From the NCBI GenBank assembly GCA_046719575.1, contig JBDNCP010000002.1, positions 2,689 through 66,688 on the forward strand: a stretch of 64,000 nt of DNA, given 5' to 3'. This document shows, piece by piece, positions 51,287 through 60,247 of the stretch; the stretch's first letter is position 1, and every line of letters starts with the position of its first letter. The position numbers were made by a program, and so were the translations under genes. Source of the DNA: Cyanobacteriota bacterium (lineage in GTDB: Bacteria; Cyanobacteriota; Cyanobacteriia; Elainellales; Elainellaceae). The notes beneath the pieces were generated by a model. It saw nothing but the letters and a program-made list of their open reading frames with translations. It made no database searches and was not told the DNA's origin.

Positions 51287-52279
51287 TCACCACTCGTCAG
51301 CGCGATAGAACCGATCCGCTAGATCGCCCACCTGTTCTCGAATAAACGCAATTTCCTCCGCCGAAAGCTTGTCCTTCCAGGTGTAGGCGTTGGCTTTGCC
51401 GTTGCGCTTCAGGGCAAGCAGCAACGGCTCTACCAAGGGATTTTTTTTGTCGGGATTTTTTTTGTCGGGATTTTTGTCGTCGCTGTAGTACGTGATTTCT
51501 CGCTGCACGTCGTCGCCGAAGTCCAGCCCCAATTGGTCAAAGATTTGCCGAAAGCCCTCCAGCGGCTCCAGCGACAGGTCTTCATGCCGCACAAACTGCC
51601 AGTGAGGAAACTGATCCTGGTAGGTGGCGATGCGATAGTGAATCAGCTTCCACAGCAGCGCCGCGTGTTCCAAAATCGAGCGCCCATGTCCACCACCCGG
51701 CACCTCGTCTCCGGCGATGAATTCCTCAATTTCTGCTGCGAAAGGATGCAAATGATCGCGCATCAGCAGCGGCTGGTCGAGAAAATGGCGGAAGTTGTGG
51801 AACCAGCCCGCTTTTTTCAAGCTGTAGGCAAAGGCAGCAGGGTGACGAATCATCACCACCACATCCATGTCGAACCGGGTCGCCAGCCAGTCGGCAGAAA
51901 AGAGGGCGATCGGGTCTTTGAGCAAGGGACGGCAGCCCGCTGCCCGACTTTTGACAAAAAAAGCGCGATCCTCTAAGACTTTGCGGCGATATTCGGCATC
52001 GTTCACCAGCTTCCAACTGGGGATTAGGTTGTATTGCAGCCGCACCGTTTTCTCAAAAAAGCGGCGATATTGGGCTTCGTTGTCGGCGCAGATGTATTGA
52101 AACCAGTAGTCCCACTGTGCGCCGCAAAAGCCCAGATTGTGATCCAGATGAAACGGCTCGTGAATATAGGCGACCTGGGGCGAAGCGCCAATCATCAGCC
52201 CCACCCAGGTTGAGCCAGAACGGTGGGAACCCGTTACCAGAATCGGTTTTGGAATGGGTTTTGGAAAGGCTCTGCCCAT
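51287..52279 (-). CDS. PAPS-dependent sulfotransferase
   Basis: 5'-PSB loop TGSHRSGSTW, LLKDP, 3'-PB IRHPAAFAYS and VRHEDL motifs. Confidence 0.88.
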   Translation of the reverse strand: MGRAFPKPIPKPILVTGSHRSGSTWVGLMIGASPQVAYIHEPFHLDHNLGFCGAQWDYWFQYICADNEAQYRRFFEKTVRLQYNLIPSWKLVNDAEYRRKVLEDRAFFVKSRAAGCRPLLKDPIALFSADWLATRFDMDVVVMIRHPAAFAYSLKKAGWFHNFRHFLDQPLLMRDHLHPFAAEIEEFIAGDEVPGGGHGRSILEHAALLWKLIHYRIATYQDQFPHWQFVRHEDLSLEPLEGFRQIFDQLGLDFGDDVQREITYYSDDKNPDKKNPDKKNPLVEPLLLALKRNGKANAYTWKDKLSAEEIAFIREQVGDLADRFYRADEW

Positions 52280-52300
52280 AGCGCTACGAACTGGCACGGG

Positions 52301-52894
52301 CTATTGCTCGATGGCGGAACGTCCCTGCCGCCCCAGCCGCACGATGACAAAGTGCCCAAAGTAAATCAGGTAAATAATCAGCCCCACAATGCCCAAAAAG
52401 CCCAGGAAGGGCGGGCGATAGTTGGCATGGAGAACGTCTTTGTAAATCAATGGAGCTTCGCGCCACACCTGACAAAAGGGCGTTTGGTAGCGGGTGTCGG
52501 AAAAGGCGCACTGCAAAAAAGGAAGCGTGGCGATCGCCCCTAGCGTGCTGTAGATCGTCAGCGCCCAGCGCCAGGTGGTGAACAAAAACTTCAGCGGGCT
52601 AGAGCGCTGGTCGTCGATTTCTTCGTTCAAGTCCACCCAAAACCACAGCCCGATGGGAATCAAAATCCGCGCTAAAAACGATGCCAAAAACCCGATCTTC
52701 AAGTCGCCAATGAGCAGATAAACCGTAACTGCCAGCAGGCTAGAGACGCGCCAATAAATAATCAGCAGCCGCTGGATGGCTTCTGCCTGCTTCACCGTCG
52801 CCCAGATTAGCAAGATCAGCGGCAACACGACGGCAAACAGCACCGCCAAGCGATAGTCCATCCAAACTAGAGAACGTAGAAGATCGGGAGACAT
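52301..52894 (-). CDS. DUF3177-like cyanobacterial membrane protein
   Basis: LVWMDYRLAV, IYWRVSSLL.VT, LWFWVDLNEEI and GRQGRSA motifs. Confidence 0.85.
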   Translation of the reverse strand: MSPDLLRSLVWMDYRLAVLFAVVLPLILLIWATVKQAEAIQRLLIIYWRVSSLLAVTVYLLIGDLKIGFLASFLARILIPIGLWFWVDLNEEIDDQRSSPLKFLFTTWRWALTIYSTLGAIATLPFLQCAFSDTRYQTPFCQVWREAPLIYKDVLHANYRPPFLGFLGIVGLIIYLIYFGHFVIVRLGRQGRSAIEQ

Positions 52895-53128
52895 GAATCC
52901 ACAAGATGAAAGTAACAAAGGCGCAGACTTGTGAATCCCCAGTTTCAAAACGGAGAATCACAGAGCCTTATCCAGTGTAAGACCTTACCGGAACTCGGCC
53001 CACAGATTTCTGCTACAGCTTTCACGCTGCACAAAAAATTCGGCTTTCACGCTGTGAAACTGTAGCAAACTGTAGCGCTGCCGATCCAGAGTGCCGCTAT
53101 AACAGCAGCCTAATTTTGCCAAGAAAAA

Positions 53129-53160
53129 TGCCTGACCTTATAAGCCCCCAAGGTCAGGCA
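53129..53160 (-). terminator. Intrinsic terminator-like hairpin
   Basis: TGCCTGACCTT / AAGGTCAGGCA 11-bp stem followed by TTTTTC on the minus strand. Confidence 0.6.
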
Positions 53161-53603
53161 GTTTACCTGTAAGGACGCCTTCTGAGCAGGAACCCTAACG
53201 ATTCAATTGCCCCCTAATCGCTAGCGTTCCGAATGCGTTCTCCAGAGTTACCCACATTCTGCAATTTCTTGAATTCAATTCCCCTGAGATTTTTACTGAA
53301 CTCTGGCGGGTCGTTTTGCAAAAAGGTCGCAGCGGATACGGGAATTTCCATTGACAAATTTATGACTTGTCGAGTAGCTGATTAGCTGTTTTCGGATTGT
53401 GCAGGCAGAAATGGGCTGCACGCGCTCAGGAGTCTGAAAATCTGAGCCGACCTGACCTTGTTCAGCAACTATTCTAGGCTGACAAATGCTAGGCTCGAAA
53501 AAATGCTGCTTGTCAGGGCATTTCTTGCCAGGGCATTTGATGGTCTGCATCAAGGCTTACGCTGCACTAGAGACTGACTGAGGGCGATCGCCACTGTTCA
53601 ACC

Positions 53604-54437
53604 ATGCTCACTCCCATCACCGAAGACGTTTTTAAGCAACTGATTCCTGCGGTCGCCACAGCACAGCAGTATCGCTACTATTGGGGCAAGTTTCAGGATG
53701 TGCTGAGTCGTGTGTTGATTTCGGTCGTGGGGGCGCTTTTGGGATTGGTGCTGCGGGCAATTTTGCCGCCCAATTTCTGGTTTGAAATTTTAGAATTCAG
53801 CGTGGCGATCATCGCAGGGTTGTACTGGCTATGGGGGCCGGCTTATCAGGCTGGTCGCCGCAATGCCGAATATCGCCGCTATCCCTATAGTGGCTTCTGG
53901 CAGGGCGAAGTGTCTGATGTCTACATTACGGAAGATCTGATCGGCACAGAGGAGCGGGTCAACAAGCAGGGCGAACTGATGATTGTGGAGAACCGGGAAC
54001 GACGACTAAACCTGGAGTTAGCCGATGAGGTGGGCTACCTAGGCAAGGTCAAGGTGCCGCTGATGCGCGACCATCGGGTCATTCGTCCGGGCGATCGCGC
54101 TCAACTCGTGGTCATTTCAAACCGCCCCGACCTCGACCCAATTTTGGAGCTATCCGACGTGTACATGGCGGACTATGGGCTGTGGGTCAGCGACTATCCC
54201 TACTTGAACCGGGAGGTGTTTGCAGAAGTCAGCAAGCAGTTGGGCCGCCGCACCAGCGAACCCGGCCCAAAGCGCCGCCGCGATCGCACCAGCGAGCCTG
54301 CTTACGACCCTGGTTTCTACGAAGCACCGCCGCGCCGCCCTGAGCGCCCTATCCGTCCCCGCCAAGCTGACAATCTGCGCCCGGAGCCGCCCCGCAGCCG
54401 CCCACCCAAACGCCGCACGCCCCGTCGCGAGTTTTGA
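53604..54437 (+). CDS. Cyanobacterial membrane protein of unknown function with an R/P-rich tail
   Basis: Two TM helices, ATAQQYRYYWG, ENRERRLNLEL and LWVSDYPYL motifs. Confidence 0.8.
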   Translation: MLTPITEDVFKQLIPAVATAQQYRYYWGKFQDVLSRVLISVVGALLGLVLRAILPPNFWFEILEFSVAIIAGLYWLWGPAYQAGRRNAEYRRYPYSGFWQGEVSDVYITEDLIGTEERVNKQGELMIVENRERRLNLELADEVGYLGKVKVPLMRDHRVIRPGDRAQLVVISNRPDLDPILELSDVYMADYGLWVSDYPYLNREVFAEVSKQLGRRTSEPGPKRRRDRTSEPAYDPGFYEAPPRRPERPIRPRQADNLRPEPPRSRPPKRRTPRREF

Positions 54438-54535
54438 TATTCGGTCTGAGCCATATTCTGAGCCATAAAACAAGGAGACTGCCTGGCTCTGGGCCAGGCA
54501 GCCCTCCTTCAGGGTTATGCAACCACAGCAGATGC

Positions 54536-54835
54536 TCAGGCGCTGCCTGTAAAGGCAACCTCTGGAAACTTGCTTTGCGCTTCGGCCATGGACTTTTTCT
54601 TGCCCTCTTCTTGCCAGTAGTTAATGACTTCCGTGGCTTTGTTGAGCAGTTCCACCCGGTCGGCTTCGGCAATCCAGTGCTTCGCCTCTAGCTCAGTCTT
54701 AAGCTGCTCCCACGCATCGTTGCGCGGCCAGAAGAAATAGGACGTAAGCGGACTGGTTCCCTTTCCGACGACTTGATCCACCGCCAGAGCCACGTTGTTA
54801 TCTAGCCAGAGAACCTTGAGAATAAACTTCGACAA
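54536..54835 (-). CDS. ycf65: 30S ribosomal protein PSRP-3 / Ycf65
   Basis: [44 protein letters not shown]; TTG start at 54835 after GGAGG. Confidence 0.95.
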   Translation of the reverse strand: MSKFILKVLWLDNNVALAVDQVVGKGTSPLTSYFFWPRNDAWEQLKTELEAKHWIAEADRVELLNKATEVINYWQEEGKKKSMAEAQSKFPEVAFTGSA

Positions 54836-54978
54836 TCGCACCTCCAGGACAGTCCGGGCTGCCTTCAAAAACTCTACAATCCTCTATAGTAAGTTACGAA
54901 CTAGCATAGTTGCCAGTGTTTTTTCAGTCTGTCCGAGTCAATTTTATTCTACGCAGACTATTTTCTAAGATTCTTCTT

Positions 54979-55776
54979 ATGCAGCAGGCGATCGCCATTC
55001 TGGTGTTTGATATTGACGGCGTAATCCGCGACGTGGGCAATTCCTATCGCCGTGCCCTAGCGGACACCGTCGAAGCCTTTACCGACGGTCGCTTTCGTCC
55101 CTCCCAGGCAGACATTGACCAGCTCAAAGCCGAAGGGCTTTGGAACAACGACTGGGAAGCGTCCCAAGAACTGATTTATCGCTACTACGAACAGCAGGGA
55201 ACGGGGCGATCGCAGCTTGGGCTGTCCTATGAAAAGGTTGTGGATTTCTTTCAGCGGCGCTATCGCGGGGCGATTCTAGACGATCCTGATCAGTGGGATG
55301 GCTACATCACGCAGGAGCCGCTGCTGGTCGATGCCGCCCATTTGCTTGATCTGCAAGCCAGCGCCCTTCCCTGGGGGTTCTTTAGCGGAGCAACGCGGGG
55401 ATCGGCGACCTACGTGTTGCAGCGCCGCTTGGGACTGCCCGACCCGATTCTGATTGCGATGGAAGATGCCCCCGGAAAGCCTAACCCGACGGGGTTGTTG
55501 CAAACCGTGGCGCAGATTGAAGCTCGGTTTAAGTTGTCTGGTCCGCTTCCAGTGGTGTATGTAGGCGACACCGTGGCGGATATGCAGACGGTGACAGCGG
55601 CAAAAGACGTGGCGGGCGATCGCCCCTGGATTGGCATTGGCGTGCTGCCGCCCCACGCCCAATCCCCTGCTGACTACGCCGCCGCCTACACCGATCAGCT
55701 CCACACCGCAGGCGCAGTCCGCGTGATAACCACGGTTCGAGAGCTAACGCCGTCCTACCTTGCCGAATTGCTCTAG
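54979..55776 (+). CDS. HAD-superfamily hydrolase (TIGR01548-like)
   Basis: FDIDGVIRDV, WNNDWEAS, GKPNPTGL and YVGDTVAD motifs. Confidence 0.9.
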   Translation: MQQAIAILVFDIDGVIRDVGNSYRRALADTVEAFTDGRFRPSQADIDQLKAEGLWNNDWEASQELIYRYYEQQGTGRSQLGLSYEKVVDFFQRRYRGAILDDPDQWDGYITQEPLLVDAAHLLDLQASALPWGFFSGATRGSATYVLQRRLGLPDPILIAMEDAPGKPNPTGLLQTVAQIEARFKLSGPLPVVYVGDTVADMQTVTAAKDVAGDRPWIGIGVLPPHAQSPADYAAAYTDQLHTAGAVRVITTVRELTPSYLAELL

Positions 55777-55778
55777 AC

Positions 55779-57065
55779 TCACGGGCATCTGGGATAGAGG
55801 GACTGGGTGGGTGTGCGGCGGGGACTCAGCACCAGCACCGAATCCATGAACTGTTTCAACTCTGCCTGCCGGGTCGATGAACTCACGCCTGCTTGCAGAT
55901 GTCGCAGCACCAGTTGGATAAAGCGGCGACTGGCGGCGATCGCTGCACGGGTCGGCGTGCTGCTCAGGTTAATATAATCGCGTGGATCGCCGAAGAAAAT
56001 CCGGCCATTGGGCTGACGCATGGGCATAACCCGATGCTCCTGCGGATAAGATAACCCCCCCAGTCCAAAATAGCGGATAAACCGGATGGCTCCCGCGCCG
56101 CCGTTCTCGCGCTCTGTATGGGCCGGAGAATAGGAATCCTGAATCAGGTGCAGCGCCTCGCCCAGCCATTCAAAGGCAGCCTCGCGGGTGGGAGCAGTCA
56201 TGATCCGCTGATAGATGGCGACAAGCTGCTGCCGTGCTTCGGCGAGGGACTCTTCTAGTGGTTGGCACTTGTGGCGGCGCAGCATGTGGCGGCGCTGTTG
56301 CGATGGCTTGAAGTGGTTTGTGATTTTCTCCAGATCCACTCGGCGCACGCCCCGATTCATAGCCCCCAGCTCAGCAGGAGTAATGGGCAGCCCCTTGGCA
56401 GCCTCCCGATTCAGAGTTTCATGTCCCGGCGGAATGCGGCGCTTAATGTCTTCTACCACAAACGGATCGGCTTCGCGCTCGGCGGCCATTTCTTGCAGCG
56501 TTTCTAGATACTGCTGCTGAATTCGACGATCAAATGAGCGTGGCGCAGCCGATTCAAATTTGGATTCACGCTCGAATTCAAACTCAGATTCAAACTCAGA
56601 TTCAAATCCCTGTTCAAATTCCCATTCAAATTCCAATGCCAGTTCCCATTCTGCTTCGCGCTGTTTCGGTGGAGACACTTGCACAACCGGAGGCAGCTTG
56701 TCTCCCGGATTCAGCGTCGTCACCAGCACAATCCGGTTGCCGTTCTCGCCGCCGGGCCGATAGAAAATCGGCACCCCCCGCACCACCGTCACGCGGGTAT
56801 TGTAGCCAGGACGGGTTTGACGATAGTGTTTGGCGGCGCGAAACTCGCGGACGAAGGTGCGCGGATCGAACCGCATACCACCAGAGGCAACCCGTTGCAA
56901 AAAGCGCTGGGTGAAATGGATCGTGGGCAAAAAGCCCTGGCGCTTGAGATAGGCGGCAAACCGCTGAGCGATGCTGCGTCCGGCTTGCCCCCGGCGGCCA
57001 AATTCATCTTCAAACTCCGGAGCGGCGGAGCCGTTCTGGAGCGCTTTAGTTGAAAACGAGTTCAT
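55779..57065 (-). CDS. Two-domain hypothetical protein: small basic N-terminal domain, E/F-rich linker, Zn-PLC/S1-P1-like C-terminal domain
   Basis: TIHFTQRFLQR; linker EWELALEFEWEFEQGFESEFESEFEFERES; then GHETL, VD, H and LGEALHLIQDSYSPAH. The ORF is well supported; domain calls are from motifs only. Confidence 0.7.
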   Translation of the reverse strand: MNSFSTKALQNGSAAPEFEDEFGRRGQAGRSIAQRFAAYLKRQGFLPTIHFTQRFLQRVASGGMRFDPRTFVREFRAAKHYRQTRPGYNTRVTVVRGVPIFYRPGGENGNRIVLVTTLNPGDKLPPVVQVSPPKQREAEWELALEFEWEFEQGFESEFESEFEFERESKFESAAPRSFDRRIQQQYLETLQEMAAEREADPFVVEDIKRRIPPGHETLNREAAKGLPITPAELGAMNRGVRRVDLEKITNHFKPSQQRRHMLRRHKCQPLEESLAEARQQLVAIYQRIMTAPTREAAFEWLGEALHLIQDSYSPAHTERENGGAGAIRFIRYFGLGGLSYPQEHRVMPMRQPNGRIFFGDPRDYINLSSTPTRAAIAASRRFIQLVLRHLQAGVSSSTRQAELKQFMDSVLVLSPRRTPTQSLYPRCP

Positions 57066-57091
57066 AGTTATCGAGGGGGAATGGGGTTGAT

Positions 57092-57200
57092 TTTGAATTT
57101 TAGGCTGGCGATTTTGGCTGGGTATTTTGGATCGGCGATTTTGGATTGCGATCGCTCAGTCTGTTTCAATCCACAATCCAAAATCTAGAATCCAAAATCG
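57092..57200. repeat. Degenerate ATTTTGG arrays facing CCAAAAT arrays around a HIP1 site
   Basis: gattttggctgg...attttggatcggcgattttggattgcgatcgc...aatccaaaatctagaatccaaaatcg. Confidence 0.7.
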
Positions 57201-57246
57201 AATCTCCAGCCCGATCGAAGCGGCGCATGACAAGGGCGATCGCCCT

Positions 57247-58371
57247 TTACCCTTGCCCTGCTCTGAGCGGCGTGACGTTGCCGTTGCGGCTGGCGTTGAT
57301 GGGGACGACGCGCTGGGTGTGCCCGCGAAACGCAATGCCCAGCACCTCGGCACTGGTCAGCCATTCTTCGGACACGTCGGCGATTTCGCGCAGCAGGGCT
57401 TCAAATTCCGCCCGCGAGCTGTTGAGGATATACTTTTGCGCCAGCCAGCGAATGATTGATCGCCCGGAGGTGGCCATGCGGTGTCGCTGGGAGGCGTTGA
57501 CCTGCTTGTTGAAGTAGCGCAGCATCACTTCTTCGGCCACGTCCCAGGCGTTGTCTGCGCCAAACAGCTTGCGAACGTCCTCGGCTCCCAGAATGCGGAA
57601 GGCTTCGTCCAGCAGTTGCAGCGTCTCAATGCGAAATACGTTAACGTGTCCGTAAGAATTCCACTTTAAGTTATTTCGTAGATCCAGCCCAGCGCGGCGC
57701 ACGGTGGCGATGCTGCCAAAGCTGGGATCGTAGGCGCGTTCGCGGATCACGTCGGAAATCCGCTTGTCGCGCCAGAAGGCGGCGACGCTGTTGATAAACT
57801 GCGTGAACATGCCGTGGAATTGGGCGTTTGGCTTGGCGCTGGGCATGGGCGGCGTGGTGGTGTAGCCAAACACGCGGCGGTAGGTCTGCATTCGGTTGCG
57901 TTCGGCATAGCGGAGGATGCTGCGGCGATCAAACCGATATAGCCCGTAAGCGCCTTCACCCGTCGAAAGGCGCACTGCGCCCGCGTCAAACAGTTCTTGC
58001 AGCTTGCGGATGGCGCGGAAGATGCCGACGGTTTCCATCTGGTAGAGATAGTAAAGATCGGCGACGGATAAGATGCGATCGCTCGCTACTTGTTCGTCAT
58101 AGTCTTCCACACCTTGCGGTAGGCGCGTTTCGTCGATGCCTTTGGCAGCATCCTTACCCAAGCCGATCAAGTCGGCCAGTCCGCCGTCGGCAGGCACGGG
58201 CGCAGCGGCATTGGCGGCGATCGCCTGCGCCAACATATCTTCAATCCGCTGGGTCAGCGCGTCCGCAAGCTGGGGATTTTGAATCAACTGCGGGCCGAGT
58301 TGATCGACCAGCGTTTCTTTTAGCGCGGCAATGCGGTCGAGTAAACTTTGGTTTTCTCCGGTGGTGGTCAT
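57247..58371 (-). CDS. Hypothetical protein (374 aa), mostly helical
   Basis: Long ORF with GAGGAG RBS and host-like codon usage; no family I recognise. Confidence 0.85.
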   Translation of the reverse strand: MTTTGENQSLLDRIAALKETLVDQLGPQLIQNPQLADALTQRIEDMLAQAIAANAAAPVPADGGLADLIGLGKDAAKGIDETRLPQGVEDYDEQVASDRILSVADLYYLYQMETVGIFRAIRKLQELFDAGAVRLSTGEGAYGLYRFDRRSILRYAERNRMQTYRRVFGYTTTPPMPSAKPNAQFHGMFTQFINSVAAFWRDKRISDVIRERAYDPSFGSIATVRRAGLDLRNNLKWNSYGHVNVFRIETLQLLDEAFRILGAEDVRKLFGADNAWDVAEEVMLRYFNKQVNASQRHRMATSGRSIIRWLAQKYILNSSRAEFEALLREIADVSEEWLTSAEVLGIAFRGHTQRVVPINASRNGNVTPLRAGQG

Positions 58372-58531
58372 GGGAATTTCTCCTCGAACAAGGGCTTAGT
58401 CAGGGGTTAGTGGGTTAAGGATTGCGTTTTGCCAGCCTAGATTTTGTAGGTTTTGGCTGTCGCGATCGACTTGGCTGGCGGTTTATTCTTACTGAGCAAT
58501 TCACCATTGCGTGTGCTGTGGTCGGAGATCA

Positions 58532-60241
58532 TCAATCGAGATCGTCGGGCGTGTCGCCAGAGGGCAATGTTACTTGCTCCGCCAGTTGGCGCACCTGATA
58601 AAGCTGGTAAGCCAAATCACGCAGCGCCCGAATCACGCCTTCGCGCCGGAACGCAGCATTGGGAATTGGGGTGTAGGTAGCAGCTTGGGTCAGCACCATG
58701 AGGCGATCGCTCGTCTCAGAAATCACCCGAATACCCAGCTTGCCGCCCGATTTTGCCAATATCGGCCCTTCCTCACTGGCGAATCGCCAGACCCAGTTCA
58801 GCAGCCCTTCCACGCTCATCGAATCTCCCAATTTAGCCGTTTCCGCAACTGGGTATCCAGTGCCATCCGGCAGTGGAAATGCAGGGCGGGGAACACCACA
58901 AGGCACTGCCATGTCCTTCTCTTCGGCCCTAGCGCGAGTGAAGTCGATGTAGACCGACAGCCGCTCCTCTGGCCCCAGGAAGAATAGCTCCATGATCCGG
59001 TAGACCTCCTGCACCGACTCGGCCACCACCGCCAGCGCCTGCGATAGCCGCACGAGCTGCGTGCCAATGTAGGCCCCAGCACTGGAATGCTGAGTATGCT
59101 TGTAGTCCACCCAACTCCGCCGCAGCGATTGCAAATAGTCTTTCAGCGTCAGGAAGTTGCTGTAGTTTTGCTCCTCTTCGACGGTGTTAATCTGTCCGCG
59201 TACCAGCCCAAAATATTCCGCCAGTTTCTTGAGCTGTCCGTCTGGGCGCTGATTGCTGCTGTCTAGGTCTTCGCCCAGCAACAGTTGGAACAAGTTATCC
59301 ACCCGCAAGATTCGCGGGCCGCCGCGTGCGCCCAGCTCTGCCAAAAGCTCCTGCATCTCGGTGCGAATGATAGAGCGGGTGGCTTCCATGTTTTCGCGGT
59401 CGGCGGATGGTTTCAGCGGGGTCAGTCCATTCAGCAACTGAATGCCGTCTTGAATTGCCGTTTTTGCCCGGTGATAGAGGCTGGCCTGCGCTCCGGTGAT
59501 GCCGCCGCCTAGGTCGGAGGCTCGGATGCTGACCGACTGCGGATTCCAGTCGTAGACCGTGCGCCCATCGACCTGGCGGGCGGTGAAGGTTTGCGTCAGC
59601 GTACTCACCAAAGTTTTGGGGTTATCCGTCCGCTGGGTATGCCCCAAAATGCTGCCCAGAGCGCTTTCCACTATGCCTTGCAGGTCGTCGCCAGTGGCAG
59701 GAGTGGAAACGGAAGTCATCCTGCCCGTCCGCTGGATTTGATCCAGACTGGGCAGCACATCTACGACTTGCAACTGTCCGGGTTGGTCTTTGGCGGGCTG
59801 AGCAGGAGGACGCTTGGATTGCTCAGGTTTCGACACTTCTAGCGCCACCAGTTCAATGGTGTAGGCCGTTGCCTGCCCGTCTCGCTTGACCGTATAGGGG
59901 GCAGGAACCTGTCCAACATCTTTAGCATCGGGCTTGTTGGGATCAGCCTTAGAAAACTGCTCTAGGGGAAAACTAGGCTGAACCTCCGTTTCTCCCAAAA
60001 ATTCACTGTCCCGAAAGAGTTTGAAATACACATCGGGTTCTGGTTCTGTTTCTCCCGGATCTTGGCGAAAGTCTTCCTTTGTAAAGGAGATTTCAAAGTA
60101 GCCCTGGGTATCTGTATGAGAAACACCGATGAGATCATCATATTGTCGATCTTTGTCGTGAAGTTCTACGCGGATGCGAGCTTCATATTGGCTTGGGTTT
60201 TTGATCACACGCCCGCGAAGCGTGTACCTGTCTCGTTTCAT
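58532..60241 (-). CDS. Hypothetical protein (569 aa) with an N-terminal transthyretin/prealbumin-like domain
   Basis: VELHDKD..YDDLIG..HTDTQGYFEISF...DF...E.EPDVYFKL pattern, then a P/Q linker and a helical body; AAGGAG RBS; starts 6 bp after the upstream stop. Confidence 0.8.
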   Translation of the reverse strand: MKRDRYTLRGRVIKNPSQYEARIRVELHDKDRQYDDLIGVSHTDTQGYFEISFTKEDFRQDPGETEPEPDVYFKLFRDSEFLGETEVQPSFPLEQFSKADPNKPDAKDVGQVPAPYTVKRDGQATAYTIELVALEVSKPEQSKRPPAQPAKDQPGQLQVVDVLPSLDQIQRTGRMTSVSTPATGDDLQGIVESALGSILGHTQRTDNPKTLVSTLTQTFTARQVDGRTVYDWNPQSVSIRASDLGGGITGAQASLYHRAKTAIQDGIQLLNGLTPLKPSADRENMEATRSIIRTEMQELLAELGARGGPRILRVDNLFQLLLGEDLDSSNQRPDGQLKKLAEYFGLVRGQINTVEEEQNYSNFLTLKDYLQSLRRSWVDYKHTQHSSAGAYIGTQLVRLSQALAVVAESVQEVYRIMELFFLGPEERLSVYIDFTRARAEEKDMAVPCGVPRPAFPLPDGTGYPVAETAKLGDSMSVEGLLNWVWRFASEEGPILAKSGGKLGIRVISETSDRLMVLTQAATYTPIPNAAFRREGVIRALRDLAYQLYQVRQLAEQVTLPSGDTPDDLD

Positions 60242-60247
60242 GCTGCG

